Source: Gemmatimonadota bacterium | GTDB lineage: Bacteria > Latescibacterota > UBA2968 > UBA8231 | Length of the DNA: 64,000 nt | Direction: 5' to 3' | Assembly: GCA_038128265.1 (NCBI GenBank) | Contig: JAYPJE010000013.1 | Location: 22,908 to 86,907 of the forward strand | Shown: piece after piece, positions 19,296-27,253 of the stretch | Layout of the letters: the number at the start of each line of letters is the position of its first letter | How positions within the stretch are numbered: the stretch's first letter is position 1 | Made by a program: the position numbers and the translations under genes | The notes under the pieces: model-generated | What the model saw: only the letters and a program-made list of their open reading frames with translations | The model's database searches: none | What the model was told of the DNA's origin: nothing

Positions 19296-22240
19296 TGGCG
19301 AGTCCATTCTACCGCGCGGCGGTCTTATTTGGGCTGCTGATCTGCGCTTCTGACGCGCTGGCTCAGATGGACTACGGCAACCGCCTGGGACGTCGGGTCG
19401 GCGACCGCAGCACCTATTCGGCTTCGGGGCTGTCCATTGATATCGGAGCCCTGGATCCCACCGTCCAGCGCTGGTACCTGCCGCAGGAGCTCTTTACCGA
19501 ATACGGCCTGCGCCAGCGCGAGTATACCAACTACGCCAGGGAATCCTACCTCCGCTACATCGATCGCAATCAGGAGGGCTTTTACTTTTACGACAGCTTT
19601 GGCGAATTGATTACGCGCGGCCGGTTGGTCTACGACTGGCGCCAGCGCCAACCGCTGTCTTTTGAGTCGAGCGAGGTGACCAAGCCGGGTATTTACGGAA
19701 GCTGGTTTAACCGTTTGGTCATCGCCTCAGACCAGAGCGGCGATTATAGCTACTCCATTATGATCGGCGACGAAATTAATACGACCTTGACGCCGATGAC
19801 CTTCCGCAAGGCCGGTTTCAACGGCGTGGTGATTAGCGCGGCCAATAGCAACGTCGAAGTTACGGGTCTGTTTTCGCGCATATCGAATCCCATTATCTCA
19901 ATTGACGCCGAAATTCCTACGCGTCCGGCATCGCACTTTACCAACCTGATGGGCGGTCGCGTCGAAGCGGCCGTTACCAACTCGCTGACCCTAGGAGCGA
20001 CGTTTGTCAACGCGCACAACGGCACGGGCGCGCGCGAGAGCTTTCAGGACAACCCGTTCAAGGGCCTGTTGACCGGTGGTCAAATTGAGCAGCGCCAGAC
20101 GCTGTTGGTTGTTCGACTCTCCGATGATAGCCCCGAGGATGGCGCCGGGGGAGCCGTGCTCTTTAGCGAGGATGTGCAGATTACTACGACTCTAATGCGA
20201 GAGGTCGAAGGTCCAATGGGCATGGAGTTGGTGCCCAGGGATACGGTTATCACCGGTTCGAGCATTGGCTTTCGCGCCGCGCGCGAGGGCGGTAGTGTGC
20301 GAGACGGTTTTCTCACGGCGGACGGAGCCGAAAGCATAACGCTGAAGTATCAGCTGACCGGCACGGAGGACGATCAGGAAAGCTCGCTGCGTCTGCGCCT
20401 ACAGCAGGGCTTGGGCCTGACGCTGGCCGAAGCCGAAGATGCGGTGACGGCGATAAAAAACGTGCGCGTGCGCATGGTGGTGGCCAACGACTATCGCATT
20501 GAGGTCGCCTCCGATCGCCAGGTCAACAACGTTGGGCAGCCGCAGTTTATCGTGGTGTCGCGTGCGCCGGGCAATATTCGCAACCGGCTCAATCAGCGCG
20601 AGGTCGTATTCGACTATGGCCTGCCCACGGCAAACCAGATCTTTGGTGCCACGGCCGAGCTGCGCGATTTTCACGGCTTTGATTTTTACGGTGAGTTCAA
20701 CGTCAACAACCAGTACCGAAAGTACCCTTCGGTCAACGCCAAAAATCGTCCGGCTATAAGCGGGATTGTCGACGACGAGCGGGCGATCGGCTGGATGGCC
20801 AATCTGTCAAAGCAGGCGGGGCCCTGGCACTTTTTTCTGGAGGCATTTGGCATGGACGAAGAGTACAATTCGTCCGTGCGACCGGTTAACCCGCGCGGCA
20901 CGGTGGACTACTCGCCGGAAGCGACCAACCGCAACTACGATTTCGTAGAGGACAACGACGACAACGACCGCCATCCAGACCAGCTGCGTTTTAATCAGGG
21001 TAGCCTAGTTCCCATTCCCGGGCAGCTGTTTAGCGTGACGCCGGAGGGCGTGGCCGATCCGGCCGTGTTCCCCGGTTTTGATGAGAACGGCGATTTCCTC
21101 TCCGACTTTAATCAGAACAGCAACGGCGATCGGCAGAATTTCTTTCCCGACTACGACGAGCCGTTTCTGCGCTATCACGTCGACCGCCCCGAGTTTCTCT
21201 TTGGAATAGACCTCAACAACAACGGCTGGGTCGATCGCTTTGAAAACGACGACGAACCCGACTACCCCTACAAGCGCGACCACTGGGGCCACAACGCATA
21301 CGGCAGCGTTGAGGTTTCACCGGAAATAAAGCTCACGCTGGGGCGGCTCGACGAGGAAATGCGCGGCGCGGACCGACACAATACGACGACGTACGGCATG
21401 TTTACTTTTGAGAAGAGCCTGCCGACCGTGGGGAGGGTGCGCGTCTTTAATATGCTGCGGCAGGCGGAGGATACGATTCACGACCACCTCTCGCAGTGGG
21501 TCCTACCCCGACCCCGCTTCGGCAATCCGGTTGAGACCAGCGGCCGCAACGAACCGGTGGTTGACCTGTTGGCAGCAGAAGATACGTGGATCAACTCGCT
21601 GGCTGCCGACTGGCAGTACTCCAGTCCGCGCAACTGGGGTATGCGCCACCGTTTCAAGTGGGACTGGTGGCAACAGCGCAATGCCGATGTCGAACTGCTG
21701 CGCGACGAAGCGGGCGAAGCTGTTCTCGATGAAGCGGGTGAGGCCATTGTTCTCTTCGATCCGCTCGGCCCAGACGGTCGCAACGGGCGCGAGACGTCGA
21801 GCTTTTTGGGCGTGATCAACAAGGCCGACTATTTGCTTAACTGGGGGCGTCTGTCCCTATCGCCCAAGGTCAAAAGCGAGTTTCTGCGCGAAGTGCCCTT
21901 TAGTCGCAGTGCCGCAAAGCAGCGCAGCTGGGACGTGCTGCTCTTTCTCCAGGCCAGCTTTCCGCTGCTGCAGTCTACGCGGATAGAAGTAGGGCTCGAA
22001 CAGCGAAACTTTTCCAATTTACTCGGCGATGAAGACGAGATGGAAGCGGGGATGCTGACCGGTGATTTTCGCGGGACAGTGCTCGCGTTGCAGTTGACAA
22101 ATACGCGGCCTTATTTAGGCTATAATATGACCACGCAAGTTGGCGTCCGCTACGATCGGCGCTCGCTTGAGGTCATCGAGCAAGACCGCGAGTCGCGCAC
22201 TGCGGGCGTGGCTTTCATATCGGTTTTTGCGGGATATTAG
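19295..22240 (+). CDS. Large uncharacterised exported protein, putative outer-membrane beta-barrel (paralogue 2)
   Basis: TAATG overlap with the upstream gene; signal peptide ending ALA; shared GALDP..WY.PQEL, TTLTPMTF.K..FNGV, PDYDEPFLR..VDRPEFLFGID motifs; ends FISVFAGY. Confidence 0.65.
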   Translation: MASPFYRAAVLFGLLICASDALAQMDYGNRLGRRVGDRSTYSASGLSIDIGALDPTVQRWYLPQELFTEYGLRQREYTNYARESYLRYIDRNQEGFYFYDSFGELITRGRLVYDWRQRQPLSFESSEVTKPGIYGSWFNRLVIASDQSGDYSYSIMIGDEINTTLTPMTFRKAGFNGVVISAANSNVEVTGLFSRISNPIISIDAEIPTRPASHFTNLMGGRVEAAVTNSLTLGATFVNAHNGTGARESFQDNPFKGLLTGGQIEQRQTLLVVRLSDDSPEDGAGGAVLFSEDVQITTTLMREVEGPMGMELVPRDTVITGSSIGFRAAREGGSVRDGFLTADGAESITLKYQLTGTEDDQESSLRLRLQQGLGLTLAEAEDAVTAIKNVRVRMVVANDYRIEVASDRQVNNVGQPQFIVVSRAPGNIRNRLNQREVVFDYGLPTANQIFGATAELRDFHGFDFYGEFNVNNQYRKYPSVNAKNRPAISGIVDDERAIGWMANLSKQAGPWHFFLEAFGMDEEYNSSVRPVNPRGTVDYSPEATNRNYDFVEDNDDNDRHPDQLRFNQGSLVPIPGQLFSVTPEGVADPAVFPGFDENGDFLSDFNQNSNGDRQNFFPDYDEPFLRYHVDRPEFLFGIDLNNNGWVDRFENDDEPDYPYKRDHWGHNAYGSVEVSPEIKLTLGRLDEEMRGADRHNTTTYGMFTFEKSLPTVGRVRVFNMLRQAEDTIHDHLSQWVLPRPRFGNPVETSGRNEPVVDLLAAEDTWINSLAADWQYSSPRNWGMRHRFKWDWWQQRNADVELLRDEAGEAVLDEAGEAIVLFDPLGPDGRNGRETSSFLGVINKADYLLNWGRLSLSPKVKSEFLREVPFSRSAAKQRSWDVLLFLQASFPLLQSTRIEVGLEQRNFSNLLGDEDEMEAGMLTGDFRGTVLALQLTNTRPYLGYNMTTQVGVRYDRRSLEVIEQDRESRTAGVAFISVFAGY

Positions 22241-22309
22241 GATTGTCTGATGCGCCGGTGCGGTGCCGGTTGCTGACCCTTCCCCAAAGGCTTTTACGGG
22301 TATTTGACG

Positions 22310-24049
22310 ATGAGCAACAGTAGCGCCTCCCAGGGCTGGATTATCAACCGGGTCAGCGATTCGCTGTTCTTTATCGGCACGCCTCTGCTATCGCTGGTCC
22401 TCCTACAGGCGGCGGCCAACTACTTTAGTTCCTTCGACATCGCCCTCTTTGTGCTGGCTTTTTTCGCCGTGGGACATCACCTACCCGGTCTGATGCGGGC
22501 CTATGGCGAGCGCGAACTATTCGACCGCTATAAGGCCCGCTTTATTATATCTCCGCTGGTCATTGTCGCCTGCGTGGGCTGGAGCGTTTTTAACGGCCAT
22601 CTGGGCTTCTTTATTTTTCTCGCTCTGTGGGATATGTGGCACTTTTTTATGCAGCATTACGGTTTTATGCGCATATACGAAGTCAAGCGCCACAAGCCCT
22701 CCCGTTTGAGCGGCCGCTTGGACTGGTTGCTCACGGCGATATGCTTTACCTACATCGTCGTTGCCAGTCCGCACTATCTCGTCAATTTTATGGAGCGCTG
22801 TCACCGCTACGGCTTTGGGTTATACACCTGGTTTCAACCCGAATACGTGCCCCTACTACGTCAGGCCCTGCTCGTGCTGGCGGTGGCCATATCCGTAGTC
22901 TACGTAGTCCATTTGGTGCGTTCGAGCCGGCAGGGGGCGCCCGTTGTCTGGCCCAAATTGGCGATTACGGCGACTACCTTTCTCACCGTCTACTATGCTT
23001 ACATCGTGCTGGATGACGTCATTTTGGGCTATGCGATGACGGCGCTTGCACACGACATACAGTACTTTGCCATCGTTTGGATCTACAACCACGGCGTCCT
23101 TAAGCGCTCGAAGCGATTGGGCTCGTCTTTCTTTCGCTATCTCTTTGCCGACGGCCGCTTTCGCATCATCCTGATCTATTTGGCGTTGATTTTGGCCTAC
23201 GGTGGCGTCGAGGCGATGGCGCGGGCCACTGAGAATTACCTCATATACGATTTGGTCAAGGTGCTGATCGCCACGACGGCCTTTATGCATTACTACTACG
23301 ACGGATTTATGTGGAAGGTGCACAAGAGGGAAATTCGCCAGAATTTTGTGGCTGACGAGGGGGCCACAGACGAAGCCGAAGCGCGCCTGGGCTTGGTCGA
23401 TCGCCTGCGCTTGTTGGGTAACCGATGGACGGGATTTTCCTACGTGTTCGAGACGGGAAAACAGCTGGTTTACTTTGGCGTGCCCATTCTGTTCTTTGCC
23501 TGGACGGATGCGACGTACTCGATGTCGACATTGGAGGCCAAAGAATATCTGGCGCGCCTGACACCGGAGGTGGCCAAGGTGCACGATGACCTTGGCGTGG
23601 CGTACAGCCGCGAGGGCAAAGTTTCGCAGGCTATTGCCTCACACAAGCGGGCGCTTGCAGTCGATAGCAGCTATGCTACGGCCTACACGCATTTGGGCAT
23701 TGCCTATTCGGTGGCGGGGCAGCGACAGCAGGCCATTCGCTATCACAAACAGGCACTGGTGCGCGACGCCGACTTTGCGCCGGCCCACTACAATTTGGGA
23801 GTAGAGTATTTCCAGATGGGTCGCTTGGACAAAGCCGTGGAGGCTTTCAAGCAGGCTGTAGAACTCGACGAGGGATATGAGCGGGCCTATTTGGCGTTGA
23901 GCAAAGCCTATGGGCGTCAGGGCAAATCGGAGGAAATGGAAAAATATCTCGACAAAGCACGTCAACTGCAGCAGGTGGCCCTGCGCAAAGAACTGAGTCG
24001 CAGCGCGATGCCCTGGGCTACGGGCACGCCCGTGAAAGGAGATTCCTGA
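22310..24049 (+). CDS. Polytopic membrane protein with conserved His motifs fused to C-terminal TPRs
   Basis: About 10 hydrophobic segments; GHH, WHFFMQHYG, HDIQY and HYYYDG motifs; C-terminal AHYNLG-type TPRs. Confidence 0.75.
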   Translation: MSNSSASQGWIINRVSDSLFFIGTPLLSLVLLQAAANYFSSFDIALFVLAFFAVGHHLPGLMRAYGERELFDRYKARFIISPLVIVACVGWSVFNGHLGFFIFLALWDMWHFFMQHYGFMRIYEVKRHKPSRLSGRLDWLLTAICFTYIVVASPHYLVNFMERCHRYGFGLYTWFQPEYVPLLRQALLVLAVAISVVYVVHLVRSSRQGAPVVWPKLAITATTFLTVYYAYIVLDDVILGYAMTALAHDIQYFAIVWIYNHGVLKRSKRLGSSFFRYLFADGRFRIILIYLALILAYGGVEAMARATENYLIYDLVKVLIATTAFMHYYYDGFMWKVHKREIRQNFVADEGATDEAEARLGLVDRLRLLGNRWTGFSYVFETGKQLVYFGVPILFFAWTDATYSMSTLEAKEYLARLTPEVAKVHDDLGVAYSREGKVSQAIASHKRALAVDSSYATAYTHLGIAYSVAGQRQQAIRYHKQALVRDADFAPAHYNLGVEYFQMGRLDKAVEAFKQAVELDEGYERAYLALSKAYGRQGKSEEMEKYLDKARQLQQVALRKELSRSAMPWATGTPVKGDS

Positions 24050-24121
24050 TACCGCGACACGCTGAGCGCGGACGGCTCCCGAAAGAAGATAATAAATCGA
24101 CCGATCGAAGTGAGAATTTAC

Positions 24122-24150
24122 TTGACATGTATTAAAAGTCAAATTAGATT
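24122..24150 (+). promoter_or_regulatory. Sigma70-type promoter for the 24251 gene
   Basis: TTGACA (24122-24127), 17-bp spacer, TAGATT (24145-24150) in AT-rich intergenic DNA. Confidence 0.7.
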
Positions 24151-24250
24151 GCCCACTAGTTTTGTCTGCAACGTACATGCATGTCCATATTCCACTGGGA
24201 TTGTTCGTTTTTCCCACCGCTTCTGACCAGACCTTGCAAGGAGGTTACTA

Positions 24251-25159
24251 ATGAAGAAGCTGATTGCACTGGCGGCCGTCGCAGCGTTGTCTGCAGCGCC
24301 CGCTTCGGCGCACGTCCCCGAGGGCCTCATCTTTGGCGCTTGGAACTGGCCGACGTCGCACCTGCCCAACTTGGATGGTGATATTTCCGAATGGGATGTC
24401 TTGCCGGCCGAACTGTGGCTCGAGATCAATGGCGATCTGTTCGCCGTTGATGATGGTAGCGGTAAGCCCGTAGATACTTCTGACTTGTGGTTCCGCTTTG
24501 CGATGGGCTGGAACGACGAGTTGGATCGCATTTACTACGTGTACGATCGCTATGACAACGTGTGGGACCGCGACGCGGGTGGTGTTGGCTGCTGCGGTCA
24601 GGACGATAGCATCGAGGTCGGTCTCGACGCCGACCACAGCGGTGACTGGTTCTGGAGCCAGGAAGGCCAGACCGAAGAAGAAGCGCTGCGCACGCGCGGT
24701 CGTCAGGCCCAGACGGGTCACTACCGCTGGCCGGCTCTCGAGCCCTTTGGCTGGTACTGGTTCTGGATGACCACCGCTGACTGGCACGACGAAGAGCCCC
24801 ATTCCTGCTGCACCGATTCGTTCACGCTGGACGGTGTGCACGGCTCTGAGGCCACGATTCAGGCCGAGTGGTACACGGTCGCTTGGGACGATTTTAACTT
24901 TGCCGGTCCGGATCAGAGCGTCCGCCACGACTTTGTCGAAGGTGAGATCATTGGTGCCGGTCTGCAGGTCGTCGATAACGACAACGGCACCGAAGACGAT
25001 CCCAAGACCTGGAAGTGGGTTTTGGGTGGCCAGTCCGATATCTTCGGCAATGCCAGCTCTTTCAGCGATTTCATCCTCCTCCCGGTCGACTTGGCTAACC
25101 TGCCGACCGCCGTCGAGAATGATAGCTGGGGTCACATCAAGGCTTCGGTTGCCCGCTAG
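24251..25159 (+). CDS. Secreted CBM9/DOMON-like protein with C-terminal TAVE..SWG.IK tail
   Basis: AAGGAGGT RBS; signal peptide ending ASA; PNLDGDISEW, GWND..DRIY, IEVGLDADHSG, EGEIIG motifs; ends PTAVENDSWGHIKASVAR. Confidence 0.75.
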   Translation: MKKLIALAAVAALSAAPASAHVPEGLIFGAWNWPTSHLPNLDGDISEWDVLPAELWLEINGDLFAVDDGSGKPVDTSDLWFRFAMGWNDELDRIYYVYDRYDNVWDRDAGGVGCCGQDDSIEVGLDADHSGDWFWSQEGQTEEEALRTRGRQAQTGHYRWPALEPFGWYWFWMTTADWHDEEPHSCCTDSFTLDGVHGSEATIQAEWYTVAWDDFNFAGPDQSVRHDFVEGEIIGAGLQVVDNDNGTEDDPKTWKWVLGGQSDIFGNASSFSDFILLPVDLANLPTAVENDSWGHIKASVAR

Positions 25160-25195
25160 TCTGATGTAGCGCCTATAAGTTGGTCTTAGACCACA

Positions 25196-25237
25196 TAAAA
25201 AAGAGGGGAGATCGCGGTTGATCTCCCCTCTTTTTTA
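25196..25237. terminator. Intrinsic (probably bidirectional) terminator
   Basis: Perfect 18-bp inverted repeat TAAAAAAGAGGGGAGATC-gcggtt-GATCTCCCCTCTTTTTTA, just after the 25159 stop. Confidence 0.88.
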
Positions 25238-25246
25238 ATATATAAT
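25218..25246 (+). promoter_or_regulatory. Sigma70-type promoter overlapping the terminator, for the paralogue array starting at 25302
   Basis: TTGATC (25218-25223), 17-bp spacer, perfect TATAAT (25241-25246). Confidence 0.6.
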
Positions 25247-25301
25247 GTTATAGCGAATTCCGGGCTGTTACCCTCACGCTGCTGAGCGAGGTAATCGAAT
25301 C

Positions 25302-27215
25302 ATGAGAATATGGGGATGGTTTGCCATTTTCTGTCTCGCCGTCGCGCCGTCTGCCAGCGCTGTGACGATTTATCGAATCGGCGGTGAAGATATGCCGCAG
25401 CCCGAATTGGACGTACCCTACGATTTTGTGCAGATGTCCTGGTCGGAAGTCGATCCCGCTCGCCACGGCAGTGCCTACCTTTTGCAGATTGCTCCCGATT
25501 TTATCGCGCCGCAGCAGCTCGATCCGACGGTGAACCTAACGCCGCAGCTCGAGGCGCTGGGCGGCCGCATTCTCTCATTGACTTGGACGGGATGGGGACC
25601 GGCCTTTGGCCGCGATCTCAAGATGTTTGACGGCGATTCTGCGACGGCTTTTCTCGGAGACGGCGATTGGGGGGGGGACTACGGGGTCATACGCCAGAAG
25701 TCGATGATCTTTGATCTGGGCGGCGTCTTCCTGTTGGATCGCATTGAACTCTCGCCGCGCGATCGCTTTCTCAACGATCGCTTTATAGAGACGCTGACCA
25801 TTGGTTTAAACGATGGGGATCCGCTTAAAGACGGCACGCGTGAGTTTGTATCCGGGCATAGAGACCAGTACTTTGATTTTGATATCGCTCACCAGCTGTT
25901 TGAGAATACGGAGTCGCAGCTAAACCTGAAGCTCCCGCAGGTGCCCGTGCGCATGCTGCTATTCGAAGCGCCGGAAAATGCGCGCGGGATATGGGAGGTC
26001 GCCGAGCTCGAGCTGTACGGTATCGGTTTTGCGCCGCAGTCGAGCTATATATCCAACATAATTGATCTCGGTGCCCCGGCCAGTCTCGGCGAGGTGGTGT
26101 GGTCCGGTCGTCAGGACACCGCTTCGGAGGTCGATATTGCCATGCGCGCCGGCGACGACGAAGATCCCAACAACTACTGGCGTTTCACCTTCAGGGGCGA
26201 CGAGCGCGCGCGCTTTGATGTCAACGGGGTGCCGCTGGTGCTGAAGAGCTATAACAAGCTTGATTCGGGTGAAAAAGCCGGAGTCACTCACGATACGGAG
26301 AATTGGGATTTTTGGTCGACTCCCTACGAATTCGGTGCGCTGAGCGGCGATCTCGTAAGCAATAAACCGCGTCGTTTTGTGCAGTTCAAAGCCGATTTTA
26401 CCTCGGGCTTGGCCACGGGAGGCCAGCTCGACTATCTGCAGTTCAAGGTTTCTATTCCGCCGGTGGCCAACGAGGTGATGGCCGAGATCACGCCCAATCA
26501 GGTGCCTGCGGGAACGGTCGCTCCCTTCACGTACAAGATAAAACCCCGCCTTAAGGCCGATGATCTTGGCTTCGACAGTATTTCCATCGATACGCCGGCT
26601 CGACCCGCTAGCATCGATGCGGTGCGCGTTGGCGGCATCGATGCGCGCTTCGAGGTGGTTGCTCTGGGCGACGGTGGGTTTACCATCCGCATTCCCCGCA
26701 TAGACACGGATCAGACCGGAGAGTTGATAGAAGTCGACTTTCGGGCCGAGGTGTTTAAATTCGGTACCGTGTTTTCGGGGCGCGTCTTTGACAGCGAGCG
26801 CCCGGAGGAAGTTCACCAGACGATGACGCCGGGCGATGCGGACCCCCTAGTCGACGCCGACGCGGTGCGGGTCGATTTACAGGGTCTATCGCAGCAGACC
26901 ATTCAGGCCATGAGTCTGTCGTCGCCGGTGCTAACGCCCAACGGCGATGGCATTAACGACGAAGTCGAAATAGAGTACGATTTGCTCAATTTGATAGGCA
27001 CGGTGCCGGCGGTGATAGAAATCTACGACCTGGCGGGCCGGCGCCTGGCTGCCGTGTCCTCGGGAACGGCTGAGAGCGGCCGGTTTTCCATCGCATGGGA
27101 TGGACGCGGTACCAGTGGAGCGGTGCTGCCGCCCGGCACGTATATCGTCCGCCTCGCAGTGGAAACAGACGGCGGCACGGCCGTTCGCGAGCGCATTGTT
27201 TCGGTGGCGTATTGA
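25302..27215 (+). CDS. Secreted discoidin-like/scaffold protein with PNGDGIND/FlgD-Ig CTD (family A, copy 2)
   Basis: Signal peptide ending ASA; MFDGDSAT...IFDLGG...WEVAELELYG; LTPNGDGIND...WDGRG..G..LPPGTY; ends VSVAY. Confidence 0.82.
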   Translation: MRIWGWFAIFCLAVAPSASAVTIYRIGGEDMPQPELDVPYDFVQMSWSEVDPARHGSAYLLQIAPDFIAPQQLDPTVNLTPQLEALGGRILSLTWTGWGPAFGRDLKMFDGDSATAFLGDGDWGGDYGVIRQKSMIFDLGGVFLLDRIELSPRDRFLNDRFIETLTIGLNDGDPLKDGTREFVSGHRDQYFDFDIAHQLFENTESQLNLKLPQVPVRMLLFEAPENARGIWEVAELELYGIGFAPQSSYISNIIDLGAPASLGEVVWSGRQDTASEVDIAMRAGDDEDPNNYWRFTFRGDERARFDVNGVPLVLKSYNKLDSGEKAGVTHDTENWDFWSTPYEFGALSGDLVSNKPRRFVQFKADFTSGLATGGQLDYLQFKVSIPPVANEVMAEITPNQVPAGTVAPFTYKIKPRLKADDLGFDSISIDTPARPASIDAVRVGGIDARFEVVALGDGGFTIRIPRIDTDQTGELIEVDFRAEVFKFGTVFSGRVFDSERPEEVHQTMTPGDADPLVDADAVRVDLQGLSQQTIQAMSLSSPVLTPNGDGINDEVEIEYDLLNLIGTVPAVIEIYDLAGRRLAAVSSGTAESGRFSIAWDGRGTSGAVLPPGTYIVRLAVETDGGTAVRERIVSVAY

Positions 27216-27253
27216 CCGATTGTGTAAACGGGTATTCCCGGATGGAGAACGCT

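Noticed and set aside
24248..25135. 295-aa antisense ORF (also 25959..26816, 35572..36345, 22856..23584, 52928..53842)
   Set aside because: These are shadow ORFs opposite well-supported genes, expected from GC-rich codon bias, with no recognisable motifs.
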